A DNA stretch of 64,000 nt, from NCBI GenBank assembly GCA_015519975.1, contig WIAL01000039.1, forward strand, positions 17,619 through 81,618. The letters are read 5' to 3'. Below the pieces are notes generated by a model. The model was not told where the DNA came from, made no database searches, and worked only from the letters and a program-made list of their open reading frames with translations. Below, piece after piece: positions 20,757 through 30,080 of this stretch; positions within the stretch are counted from its first letter, which is position 1, and each line of letters opens with the position of its first letter. The stretch is from Hydrogenothermaceae bacterium. Its GTDB lineage: Bacteria; Aquificota; Aquificia; Aquificales; Hydrogenothermaceae. Both the position numbers and the translations under genes were made by a program.

Positions 20757-21311
20757 TCAAGTGGATACATCTTTGTCCATGAATATTTTAGAAACTGTTG
20801 TTCCTCTCTGACCCTGATATTTTCCTTTATAAGGTTTTTCTGCTGGCTGTTTCATCTGTGCAAAAACAAGCTGACATATTCTCATTCCCGGATAAATTTT
20901 TATTGGTCTTGAGTTTGCATTGTAAAATTCTAAAGTTATGTTCCCTTCAAAACCTGCATCAACCCATCCAGCATTTTCTATAAAAAGGCCAAGCCTTCCA
21001 AGTGAAGAACGTCCTTCCACAAATGCAGTAATATCATCAGAAAGTTTTACATATTCATATGTAGTTGCAAGTACAAACTGTTTGGGCTTAATAATAAATC
21101 CTTCTTTATTATCTACAACTACTTTTTCCATTTTATCTGTATACTCAGGATTTTTTACATCTAAAACATCAATTTCTTCAGGATAAATTAAAAATTCATT
21201 TCCAAGTCTTAAATCAACAGAGGACGGCTGGATTTGATATTCTTCTAAAGGCTCTATAATCAGCTTTCCTTCTTTTAAAAATTCTTTTATAGTGCTATCA
21301 TTTAGTATCAA
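20757..21311 (-). CDS. dcd: dCTP deaminase
   Basis: SVDLRLGNEF and FVEGRSSLGRLG motifs. Confidence 0.85.
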   Translation of the reverse strand: MILNDSTIKEFLKEGKLIIEPLEEYQIQPSSVDLRLGNEFLIYPEEIDVLDVKNPEYTDKMEKVVVDNKEGFIIKPKQFVLATTYEYVKLSDDITAFVEGRSSLGRLGLFIENAGWVDAGFEGNITLEFYNANSRPIKIYPGMRICQLVFAQMKQPAEKPYKGKYQGQRGTTVSKIFMDKDVST

Positions 21312-21320
21312 CTTTTTACC

Positions 21321-22193
21321 TCACTCCTCTAAAGAAAGTCTTTTTTCTCTGCTTTCAGATAAAAGTTTTATAAGCTCCTCTTCATTTTCTTCTTCTATTA
21401 ATTTTTTTAGTTTTTCTAAAGATTTAGAAAATTCATCTATACTGTGAAGGACTGCAGATTTATTTTCTAAAAAAATATCTTTCCAAACAGTTGGGGAGCT
21501 TGCTGCTATTCTGGTAAAATCTTTAAATCCTCCACCAGGATATAGAAACAGGTCTATACCTGCCTCTTTTGAAAGATTTATTAGGCTGTCAACTAATGCA
21601 AAGGCAACAGCATGGGGAAGATGTGATACACTTGCAAATATAAAATCATGAAGATAAGGGTCAATTATCTCAACTTTTGAGCCTATATCTTTCCAAAACT
21701 CTTCAACTTTTTGTGTATTTTCTGTTTCCTCATTTATTGTAATTATAACTTTTTTATTTTTAAATAAATCCTCTACAGCATTTTCAACACCTTCTTTTTC
21801 TGTGCCAGCTATAGGGTGAGCTCCTACAAATTCATTTGGATAAAATATCTCTTTTAAAGTTTTAACTATATCTCCTTTTACGCTTCCAACATCTGTAATT
21901 ACTGTTTTAGGATTGATATGTTTTTTAATTTCTTTTGCTATTTTTTCAAAAGTTTTTACAGGTGTAGCAAGGACTACTAAATCAATTTTATCCCAAGGAA
22001 CTTCTTTAAAATCTGTAAACCCTTTTTCAATTAAGCCCTGTTTTTCAGCTATTTTAATTCTATCTTTAGACAGATCATATCCGTAAACTTTTCCTTTAAA
22101 TCCTTCCTTTTTTAAAGCTTTTGCTAAAGACCCGCCTATTAAACCAAGACCAACTATTAAAATTCCTTTGAAATCACCAAAACTTTTTTCCAA
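21321..22193 (-). CDS. tyrA: prephenate dehydrogenase
   Basis: GLGLIGGSLA Rossmann motif plus a PDH C-terminal domain. Confidence 0.75.
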   Translation of the reverse strand: MEKSFGDFKGILIVGLGLIGGSLAKALKKEGFKGKVYGYDLSKDRIKIAEKQGLIEKGFTDFKEVPWDKIDLVVLATPVKTFEKIAKEIKKHINPKTVITDVGSVKGDIVKTLKEIFYPNEFVGAHPIAGTEKEGVENAVEDLFKNKKVIITINEETENTQKVEEFWKDIGSKVEIIDPYLHDFIFASVSHLPHAVAFALVDSLINLSKEAGIDLFLYPGGGFKDFTRIAASSPTVWKDIFLENKSAVLHSIDEFSKSLEKLKKLIEEENEEELIKLLSESREKRLSLEE

Positions 22194-22202
22194 GTTTAAC
22201 CT

Positions 22203-23045
22203 CTACTTTACGAGTAGTAATGGAATAGGAGATTTTTGCATTAAATAAGATGTAGTACTTCCAAGTATAAGTTCCTTTACTCTGCTTTCTCCAAAAGCTC
22301 CCATAACAGCAAGGTCTAAATTTTCTTTATTTTCTTTAAGATAATTTTCTAAAACTTCTTCAGGATATCCTGTAAAAAACAGGGTTTCATATTCAAACTG
22401 TGCATGTGTATTTAATAAGTCTTTTATATGATTTTTCATTTCAATACTGTCTTCTTCTAAAACAGATACAATTTTCACAGGATTTAAACCTAAATCTTTA
22501 TAAAGTCCGTTAAGATAATTTACAGCATGTATGGACTTTTCTCTTCCATCAAAAAATAGAACTACATTTTTTATTTCTTTAAACTTATCTGTCGTAATCA
22601 TTACAGGACATTTTGAATGTCTTGCAACATTTTCTGCAGTTGAGCCTAAAAATAGATTAACAAATTGTGGGTGCTGTCCTTTTTTCCCGATAATTATTAG
22701 ATCTTCCGGGTCAGCCATATTTACAAGTTCTTTATAAACTATTCCGTAAGCCTGAGCTATAGAACAATCCCCGCCTTTCTCTCTACATTCTTTTGCAAAC
22801 GTGTCAAGTATAACTTTAGCTCTTTCTTCTAAAGCTTCTTTTACTTTTGGAGTTATATCAGAATAAGTTGTAAAGCCAAGTGCTCCTGCAACATCTTCAA
22901 TAAAAGGTCCTTCTAGAAGTCTAATGTCTATTATATGAATTCCTACAACCGGTCTCTTTAATTTTTTAGAAAGCCATATACCATACTCACCTGCAATTTC
23001 CGAGTGTTTAGACCCATCAAGCCCAACTAAAATTCTACTTATCAT
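22203..23045 (-). CDS. tandem universal stress protein (UspA) domain protein
   Basis: Two UspA-like halves, each with a GSxxS nucleotide-binding motif. Confidence 0.7.
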   Translation of the reverse strand: MISRILVGLDGSKHSEIAGEYGIWLSKKLKRPVVGIHIIDIRLLEGPFIEDVAGALGFTTYSDITPKVKEALEERAKVILDTFAKECREKGGDCSIAQAYGIVYKELVNMADPEDLIIIGKKGQHPQFVNLFLGSTAENVARHSKCPVMITTDKFKEIKNVVLFFDGREKSIHAVNYLNGLYKDLGLNPVKIVSVLEEDSIEMKNHIKDLLNTHAQFEYETLFFTGYPEEVLENYLKENKENLDLAVMGAFGESRVKELILGSTTSYLMQKSPIPLLLVK

Positions 23046-23047
23046 AT

Positions 23048-24235
23048 TTATGCATCTCCCTTGTTATATTCTTTCCAAGATTTTATCACTTCTTCAACAG
23101 CTTCTTCAAATTTGTCTTTTTCAGTTTCCCATACAACAACACCTGCTTTTGTTAAAACCCATCTTGTTTTAAAGTTTTCAGGATGTTGTTTAGAAACAAT
23201 TACATCTATGTTCATTTTGGAAAGTAAGTTTCCTTTTCCAAACTCATCTTCAGGAAGATCTATCTCAAAATTTTTATAAACTTTATAATCTTTGGAAACA
23301 TCTACAATTACAGCCTTTTTTGCAGAATTAAAATCTTTCACTTCTTCCTTTTTTTCATCTACTAACACTGCAAGCCTTAAACCTTCTTGCCGTGCAGGTT
23401 CATAATGAATAACAACAGATTCAACATTTAGTATCTCTTTTTTTATTTTTTCCTCAATTTCATCAACTATTTTATGGGTTTCGCGCATCCCATAGTTGTG
23501 AAGAAGTAGTTCAAGTTCAATAAACTTATAACTTCCAGCAGACCGTCCTCTTATACTTTTCACATCTACAACAATTGGATATTCATAAATAATCCTTTTT
23601 ATTTTTTCAATATCTTCTTTGTTTAAAGATACATCTAGTAATGATTTTATACCATTTACAAGAATTTCCCATCCACTGTGGATTATAAATAAAGAAACAA
23701 CTGCAGCTGCATATTTATCTATAGGATATCCTAAATAAACACCTATTAAACCAACTATAACAATTACTGAGGATAAAAAATCCGCCCAGATATGCTGTGC
23801 ATCCGCTTCTAAAGTTGGAGAATTTAACTTTTTAGCTGCTTTTAGTTCAAATCTTGAATATATAAATGTGGAAATCATTGCTATTACCATTACAGCAACA
23901 GCATACTCAATATTTTTTACTTGTCTTTCTTCTTCGCTGAAGAATGCTTCCTTTAAAATTTCATAAGCTGTAAAAAATAAAAATAAAGAAATGATAACAG
24001 CAGCAATATTTTCTATTTTGTAAAGACCGTAAGGAAACTCTTTAGCCTTTAATGCTGATATTTTTACGCTAACTAAAGAAATTAAAGAAACTACTAAATC
24101 TGAAAATGAATGAATGGCTTCAGCCATTAAAGCTAAACTTCCTGTATATAAGGCAAAAATAAACTTTATCAAAGTTAAAAATGTATTTAGTAAAAGTGAG
24201 CCTAAAGCCCACTTTTCTTTAGTTGTTTGGTGCAT
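23048..24235 (-). CDS. cation diffusion facilitator transporter with extra C-terminal NifX/Nitro_FeMo-Co-like domain
   Basis: CDF TM core (HSFSDLVVSL...) plus the cytoplasmic CTD. A further ~110 aa resemble the dinitrogenase FeMo-cofactor-binding fold. Confidence 0.7.
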   Translation of the reverse strand: MHQTTKEKWALGSLLLNTFLTLIKFIFALYTGSLALMAEAIHSFSDLVVSLISLVSVKISALKAKEFPYGLYKIENIAAVIISLFLFFTAYEILKEAFFSEEERQVKNIEYAVAVMVIAMISTFIYSRFELKAAKKLNSPTLEADAQHIWADFLSSVIVIVGLIGVYLGYPIDKYAAAVVSLFIIHSGWEILVNGIKSLLDVSLNKEDIEKIKRIIYEYPIVVDVKSIRGRSAGSYKFIELELLLHNYGMRETHKIVDEIEEKIKKEILNVESVVIHYEPARQEGLRLAVLVDEKKEEVKDFNSAKKAVIVDVSKDYKVYKNFEIDLPEDEFGKGNLLSKMNIDVIVSKQHPENFKTRWVLTKAGVVVWETEKDKFEEAVEEVIKSWKEYNKGDA

Positions 24236-25365
24236 TACTTTTTACATTCCTCAATAAGGTTTACAAATTCATCAAAAATATATAAAGAATCATGGGGCCC
24301 AGGAGAACTTTCAGGATGGTATTGAATAGAAAACACAGGTCTATCTGTCAATCTCATTCCTTCAGGTGTATGGTCATTCAGGTTTATATGTGTTATTTCC
24401 ACATTAGAAGGAAGAGTATCAACATCAGTTGCATAATTATGATTTTGTGCTGTTATTTCAACTTTGCTTGTTTTTAGATTTTTAACAGGATGGTTTCCAC
24501 CGTGGTGTCCAAATTCTAGCTTATATGTTCTACCGCCAACTGCCCAAGTTAAAAGCTGGTGCCCAAGGCATATACCAAATATTGGTATATCTGTCTTTAA
24601 AAGTTTTTTTATCTGATCTATCTGGTATTTTAAAATTGCAGGGTCTCCAGGTCCGTTCGATAAAAATATACCATCAGGATTGAATTTTATTATCTCCTCT
24701 GCCTGTATGTCGTGAGGAAAACAAGTTAAGTCACATCCTCTGTCTGCCATAAGTCTAAGTATATTTCTTTTAACTCCATAATCTATAACTGCAACTTTAT
24801 ATTTTTTTTCAGTTTGTTTTTTATATCCTTTTTCAGGATCCCATGAGCCGTATTCCCATTTATAAGGTTCTCTTTTAGAAACCTCTGCCACTAAGTTTAA
24901 CTCAGATATGTCTGGAATATTTCTGGCTCTTTTTACAGCTTCCTGAGGAGATATATCTTCAGTTGTAATATAACCTTTCATTACACCGTAATCTCTTAAA
25001 ATCCTAACAAGAGCCCTTGTGTCAATATCTGTTATTCCTATAACATTATTTTCATTTAAATACTCTATTAAACTTTTTTCAGCTCTCCAGTTTGAAAAGG
25101 TTTTTGATATATCTTTAACTACAATTGCATTTGCATGAACTTTGTCAGATTCTTCATCTTCAAGATTTACACCGTAATTTCCAATTTGAGGCTCGGTAAA
25201 AACAACGATCTGTCCTTTATATGAAGGGTCTGTTATTATTTCCTGATATCCTGTCATTGATGTATTAAATATAACCTCTCCACCAACTTCTTTTTGATTC
25301 AATCCTGAAAATGCATATCCATAGAAAAAGTGACCGTCTTCAAGGGCAAGGATTGCTCTTTGCAT
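24235..25365 (-). CDS. carA: carbamoyl-phosphate synthase small (glutaminase) subunit
   Basis: GICLGHQLL catalytic Cys motif plus the CPSase small-chain N-terminal domain. Confidence 0.9.
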   Translation of the reverse strand: MQRAILALEDGHFFYGYAFSGLNQKEVGGEVIFNTSMTGYQEIITDPSYKGQIVVFTEPQIGNYGVNLEDEESDKVHANAIVVKDISKTFSNWRAEKSLIEYLNENNVIGITDIDTRALVRILRDYGVMKGYITTEDISPQEAVKRARNIPDISELNLVAEVSKREPYKWEYGSWDPEKGYKKQTEKKYKVAVIDYGVKRNILRLMADRGCDLTCFPHDIQAEEIIKFNPDGIFLSNGPGDPAILKYQIDQIKKLLKTDIPIFGICLGHQLLTWAVGGRTYKLEFGHHGGNHPVKNLKTSKVEITAQNHNYATDVDTLPSNVEITHINLNDHTPEGMRLTDRPVFSIQYHPESSPGPHDSLYIFDEFVNLIEECKK

Positions 25366-25425
25366 TTACCGCTCCGTAGAATAAATTTTTAATATTTTAT
25401 CAAATTTTTAAGTTATAATATACGT

Positions 25426-26253
25426 ATGGAAATAATACTATCACCGGCAAAAATTAATATAGGTTTATGGGTAACAGGTAAAAGACTGGATAATTATCAT
25501 AATATATACTCCTACATTCATAAAATTTCTTTATACGATAAAATTTATATAAAGCCTTCCTATTTTTTAAAAGTGAAAACTTCTAATCCCAATATTCCTG
25601 AAGAAGAAGAAAATATAGTTTATAAAGCTGTAAAAGCTTTTGAAAACTATACAGGACTTGAGGCAAATTTTGATATTTTCATTGAAAAAAATATTCCAGC
25701 AGGTTCAGGTCTTGGCGGTGGAAGTTCAAATGCAGCTGCTGTATTAAACTTTTTAAATAAGTATTTTAATTATCCATTAACAGAAGAAGAGCTTATAAAA
25801 ATAGCCTCTTATGTAGGTTCAGATGTGCCATTTTTCTTTAAAAAGGGCCTTGTTAAAGTAAGAGGAAAGGGAGATATCTTAGAAGAAACGGGAGTATCTT
25901 TAAGTCAAGAAATTTTTATAATATATCCTTCTGTTGAATCAAAAACAGCTGATGTTTATTCAAAAGTTATTCCACAAATATTGACAAAAGAAGAAGAATT
26001 ATATAAAATAGATAGTCTCTTAGGTGATTTTGAAAAGTTTTTAGAAAACATTGAGAATACGTTAGGGAAACTTGCAGCAGAAAGTTATCCCCAAATTAAA
26101 GAAGTTCTTAATACCCTTGAATATTTAGGGGTTAAGGGATATATTACTGGAAGTGGAAGTGCGGTTTTCGCATTTGGCAAACCGTCTGAAGATTTATTAA
26201 GGGTAAGCCGAGCTAAAGGCTGGAAATTATTTGAAGCAAAACTCATTGAATGA
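25426..26253 (+). CDS. ispE: 4-diphosphocytidyl-2-C-methyl-D-erythritol kinase
   Basis: GHMP kinase motif PAGSGLGGGSSNAAA. Confidence 0.85.
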   Translation: MEIILSPAKINIGLWVTGKRLDNYHNIYSYIHKISLYDKIYIKPSYFLKVKTSNPNIPEEEENIVYKAVKAFENYTGLEANFDIFIEKNIPAGSGLGGGSSNAAAVLNFLNKYFNYPLTEEELIKIASYVGSDVPFFFKKGLVKVRGKGDILEETGVSLSQEIFIIYPSVESKTADVYSKVIPQILTKEEELYKIDSLLGDFEKFLENIENTLGKLAAESYPQIKEVLNTLEYLGVKGYITGSGSAVFAFGKPSEDLLRVSRAKGWKLFEAKLIE

Positions 26254-26329
26254 TGGGGAGTAGTTCAGTTGGCAGAACACCAGATTTTGGATCTGGGTGT
26301 CGCAGGTTCGAGTCCTGCCTCCCCAGCCA
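26254..26329 (+). tRNA. tRNA-Gln (anticodon TTG)
   Basis: Cloverleaf: acceptor TGGGGAG/CTCCCCA, anticodon loop TTTTGGA, T-loop GGTTCGAGTCC, 3' GCCA. Confidence 0.85.
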
Positions 26330-26366
26330 TTATTAACTCTTTTTTAACACTTGGAGGAATTTTAAC

Positions 26367-27302
26367 TTGAGTAAACACTTAAAGCTTATTTCAGGAAATG
26401 CTAATCCTGAATTTGCTAAAGAAATATCAGACTATCTTCATATACCTTTAGTTGATACTCTTGTTTCTAAGTTTAGTGATGGGGAGATAAGAGTACAGAT
26501 AAAAGAGAATGTTAGAGGTGCTGATGTATTTGTTATTCAGCCTTTAGTTCCTCCTACAAATGACCATATTATGGAGCTTTTACTTTTATTAGATGCATTA
26601 AAAAGAAGTTCTACACATAGAATAACAGCTGTAATTCCTTATTTTGCTTATGCAAGACAGGATAGAAAGGATAAGCCAAGAGTACCTATTTCTGCTAAAC
26701 TTCTTGCTGATATAATTCAAAAAGCAGGAGCCCAAAGGGTCTTAACCGTAGATTTACACTCTGCACAAATTCAAGGTTTCTTTGATTGTCCAGTTGATAA
26801 CTTGTATGCTCTTCCTGTTATTTTAGACTATCTAAAAAATAAAGAATTGGAAGATGCTATTGTTGTTTCTCCAGATGCTGGTGGTGTTGAAAGAGCAAGA
26901 CTTCTTGCAAATAAACTGGGAGTAGGGCTTGCAATTATTTATAAAAAAAGACCTGCTCCAAATGTAGTTGAAACATTAGATGTTATTGGTGATGTAAAAG
27001 GTAAAAATGCAATTATTATAGATGATATTATAGATACTGCAGGTACAATCGTTGCTGCATCAAATATGCTTCTTGAAAAGGGAGCTAAATCAGTAATTGC
27101 TGCATGTACTCATCCTGTATTTTCTGGACCTGCAATAGAAAGATTATCTAATTCAAATATTAATGAAGTTATAGTAACGAATACTATTCCTGTAAAAGGA
27201 AAAGAGTTTGATAAGTTAACTGTTTTATCTGTAGCAGAACTTGTAGGAGAAGCTATTAAAAGAATAAACATAGAGAGTTCTGTTAGCTCATTATTTGTAT
27301 AA
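26367..27302 (+). CDS. prs: ribose-phosphate pyrophosphokinase
   Basis: PRPP synthase motifs (DLHSAQIQGFF, IIDDIIDTAGT). TTG start. Confidence 0.9.
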   Translation: MSKHLKLISGNANPEFAKEISDYLHIPLVDTLVSKFSDGEIRVQIKENVRGADVFVIQPLVPPTNDHIMELLLLLDALKRSSTHRITAVIPYFAYARQDRKDKPRVPISAKLLADIIQKAGAQRVLTVDLHSAQIQGFFDCPVDNLYALPVILDYLKNKELEDAIVVSPDAGGVERARLLANKLGVGLAIIYKKRPAPNVVETLDVIGDVKGKNAIIIDDIIDTAGTIVAASNMLLEKGAKSVIAACTHPVFSGPAIERLSNSNINEVIVTNTIPVKGKEFDKLTVLSVAELVGEAIKRINIESSVSSLFV

Positions 27303-27327
27303 GGATTAAAGGAGGTAATAAACTAAA

Positions 27328-27933
27328 ATGGTACAGAGAATACAGTGGAAGGCACTTAAAAGACAGCCTGGGAAGAAGAGTGAAGTAAAAGCATTTAGAA
27401 AAAAAGGATACTTACCTGTAGAAATATATGGAAAAGGCCATGAAAATGCTCATGCTTATATTTACTGGAAAGATTTAGCAGATAGACCACATGGAACATT
27501 TTTAATTGACCTTCAAATTGAAGGTGAAGAAGAACCAAGAGTTTGCATTTTAAAAGACATCCAATATAGCTATCTAGGAGATGAACCTATACATGTTGAT
27601 CTGTACGAGGTAACATTTGGTGTTGAACTTGATGTTGAAGTTCCTGTTGAACTTGTAGGTAAACCTATAGGACTTGAAAAAGGTGGATTGTTAGAACAGC
27701 ACCTACATACATTAACAGTAAGAACTGTTCCAAGGCAGATACCTGAAAAAATAGAAGTAGATGTTTCTGGTCTTGATATTGGAGATGTTTTACACGTTTC
27801 TGATATCAAAGTTCCTGAAGGTGTAAAAATAATGACACCTCCAGAAGAGGTTGTTGCTGTTGTTCTTGAGCCTGAAGTTGAAACTGTAGAAGAGGAGCTT
27901 CCTGAAGAAGCTGTAGAAGAAGCAGCTAGTTAA
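27328..27933 (+). CDS. rplY: 50S ribosomal protein L25 / general stress protein Ctc
   Basis: L25/Ctc beta-barrel with acidic C-terminal tail. Conserved prs-ctc-pth order. Confidence 0.85.
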   Translation: MVQRIQWKALKRQPGKKSEVKAFRKKGYLPVEIYGKGHENAHAYIYWKDLADRPHGTFLIDLQIEGEEEPRVCILKDIQYSYLGDEPIHVDLYEVTFGVELDVEVPVELVGKPIGLEKGGLLEQHLHTLTVRTVPRQIPEKIEVDVSGLDIGDVLHVSDIKVPEGVKIMTPPEEVVAVVLEPEVETVEEELPEEAVEEAAS

Positions 27934-27942
27934 TAATATTTA

Positions 27943-28512
27943 ATGATTAAAGTACTTATAGGTCTTGGGAATCCTGGCAAAAAATACGAAAAAACCCGCC
28001 ACAATATTGGCTTTATGGTAGCTGATGTTGTGGCTTCTTTATTAAATTGCCCTAAAAAAGAAGAAGAATGTTGTTTTTCTAAAATAATAAATTGTCAAGA
28101 ACATGATTTAATAATAGTAAAACCTCAAACATATATGAACAACAGCGGGATAGCCGTTAAAAATCTTCTAGATGAGTTTAAACTATCTCCTGAAGAAATT
28201 CTTGTTATTTACGATGATTTAGATCTTCCACTTGGAACTATAAAACTTAGAAAAAAAGGTTCAAGCGGTGGACATAGAGGGATAAAATCTATAATTGAAA
28301 ATATAAAAACTGAAAATTTCCCACGACTTAGAATTGGAATAGGAAGACCTCCTCACAAACATCAAGTCGCAGATTATGTTTTATCACCTTTTTCTAAAGA
28401 TGAATATCTCTTGGTTGAGAGGATAATAAAAGAGGCATCACAGTGTATATTAAATGTGTTAAAATATGGTGTTGATAAATCTATGAATAGTTGTAATAGG
28501 AAAATAATTTAA
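27943..28512 (+). CDS. pth: peptidyl-tRNA hydrolase
   Basis: GLGNPGKKYEKTRHNIGF signature. Confidence 0.9.
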   Translation: MIKVLIGLGNPGKKYEKTRHNIGFMVADVVASLLNCPKKEEECCFSKIINCQEHDLIIVKPQTYMNNSGIAVKNLLDEFKLSPEEILVIYDDLDLPLGTIKLRKKGSSGGHRGIKSIIENIKTENFPRLRIGIGRPPHKHQVADYVLSPFSKDEYLLVERIIKEASQCILNVLKYGVDKSMNSCNRKII

Positions 28513-28573
28513 TCCTTGCTTTCTGCTAAAAATAGCAGAAGGCTGATAAAATCATCCAAAAGGAGGAATGTGC

Positions 28574-28894
28574 ATGAGGCATTACGAACTTGTATTTGCT
28601 GTCAAACCTACTTTGACAGAAGAAGAGCATAAAGCTGTTGTTGATGAGATTAAATCTCTAATCACATCAAACGGCGGAGAAATTTATAACGAGGAAAACT
28701 GGGGAAGAAAAGAACTTGCTTATCCGATCCAAAACTTCAAATCTGCCTATTATCATCTAATTAACTACCAAACTGAAAACAGCCAGCTTCCTATTAAGCT
28801 CGAAGGAAATTTAAGAATCAATGAAAACGTCATTAGATTTTTAAACTTTAAAATCAAGCCTAAAAAAGTAGAAGAGGTTTCTGCTGAGGCTTAA
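28574..28894 (+). CDS. rpsF: 30S ribosomal protein S6
   Basis: MRHYELVFAV N-terminus. ATG 7 nt after an AGGAGG RBS. The ORF track's 28568 ATG is too close to the RBS. Confidence 0.85.
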   Translation: MRHYELVFAVKPTLTEEEHKAVVDEIKSLITSNGGEIYNEENWGRKELAYPIQNFKSAYYHLINYQTENSQLPIKLEGNLRINENVIRFLNFKIKPKKVEEVSAEA

Positions 28895-28914
28895 GTGGTA
28901 AAGGAGTTATAGTT

Positions 28915-29346
28915 ATGTTAAATAAAGTTTTTTTAATTGGAAGATTAACAAGAGATCCAGAAATAAGGTTCTTGCCTAGTGGTTCGCAAGTAACGTCTTT
29001 TTCCATAGCAGTAAACAGAGCTTATAAAACAAAAGATAGTGATGAATGGAAAGAAGAAACTTACTTTTTTGATGTTGAAGCATTTGGATACCTTGCAGAA
29101 AGACTTGGGAGACAATTAAGTAAAGGAACTCAAGTACTTGTAGAAGGAAGCTTAAGACAGGATAGATGGGAATCACAAAGTGGAGATAAAAGATCTAAAA
29201 TAAAAGTTGTAGCTGATAAGGTAAATATTTTAAATACTGGTGCACAAGCTCAAACTTCATCTCAGCCTCCAGCTGAGAAAGAAGAAACTTTAGACCTACC
29301 TGAAGATATTGATGATATATCTTCAGATGAAGATGTTCCATTTTAA
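28915..29346 (+). CDS. ssb: single-stranded DNA-binding protein
   Basis: OB-fold with an acidic C-terminal DDIPF-like tail (DEDVPF). Confidence 0.9.
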   Translation: MLNKVFLIGRLTRDPEIRFLPSGSQVTSFSIAVNRAYKTKDSDEWKEETYFFDVEAFGYLAERLGRQLSKGTQVLVEGSLRQDRWESQSGDKRSKIKVVADKVNILNTGAQAQTSSQPPAEKEETLDLPEDIDDISSDEDVPF

Positions 29347-29373
29347 ATTTAAGAAAAAAGGAGGTTAATAAAA

Positions 29374-29613
29374 TTGGCTAATAATCCAGCTCAAAAACCA
29401 TTTTTCCAAAAAAGAAAAAAATATTGTAAATTCTGTGCAGAAGGAATAGAACCTGATTATAAAAATGTTGATATATTAAAAGAGTTTATTTCAGAAAGAG
29501 GTAAAATTGTTCCGAGCAGAATTTCCGGAACTTGTGGAAAACATCAGAGAAAACTTGCAGTAGCTATAAAAAGAGCTAGACAACTTGCATTATTACCGTA
29601 CGTAATAGTTTAA
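29374..29613 (+). CDS. rpsR: 30S ribosomal protein S18
   Basis: S18 signature. TTG start. rpsF-ssb-rpsR-rplI order. Confidence 0.85.
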   Translation: MANNPAQKPFFQKRKKYCKFCAEGIEPDYKNVDILKEFISERGKIVPSRISGTCGKHQRKLAVAIKRARQLALLPYVIV

Positions 29614-29626
29614 GGAGGTAAAGTAG

Positions 29627-30079
29627 ATGAAGGTAATACTTGTTAAAGATGTTGAAGGATGGGGAACATTAGGAGATATTATAGATGTTAAACCTGGTTT
29701 TGCTAGAAACTATTTAATTCCTCAAGGATTTGCATATCCTGCAACTGATAATTACGTAAAACATGTACAGGAAATATTAAAACAAAAAGCAAGAAAACTT
29801 GAAAGAGAAAAAGAAAAAGCTCAAAAGCTGGCTGAGCAATTAGATGGAATTGAAATTGAAATCAAAAGACCTGTAGGACCTACAGGAAAAATGTATGGAT
29901 CAGTTTCATCTTCAGACATAGTTGAAGCTATAAAAGAAAAAACAGGAATTGAAATTGACAAGAAAAAAATAATGCTTAGAAATCCTATCCGAGACTTAGG
30001 AGCTTACAACATTACATTGAGACTTCATCCTGAAGTTTCAGCAAAAATAAAGGTACACGTGGTACCAGAAGAACAGTAA
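29627..30079 (+). CDS. rplI: 50S ribosomal protein L9
   Basis: MKVILVKDVEGWG N-terminus typical of L9. Confidence 0.9.
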   Translation: MKVILVKDVEGWGTLGDIIDVKPGFARNYLIPQGFAYPATDNYVKHVQEILKQKARKLEREKEKAQKLAEQLDGIEIEIKRPVGPTGKMYGSVSSSDIVEAIKEKTGIEIDKKKIMLRNPIRDLGAYNITLRLHPEVSAKIKVHVVPEEQ

Positions 30080-30080
30080 A

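Noticed and set aside
28513-28567. Imperfect hairpin TTCTGCT-AAAAAT-AGCAGAA after pth.
   Set aside because: Stem is short and AU-rich, and is not followed by a T-run. Probably not a functional terminator; weak attenuator at best.
28568-28573. Upstream ATG (MCM...) as the rpsF start.
   Set aside because: Only 1 nt after the AGGAGG Shine-Dalgarno. The in-frame ATG at 28574 has proper spacing and gives the conserved MRHYELVF N-terminus.
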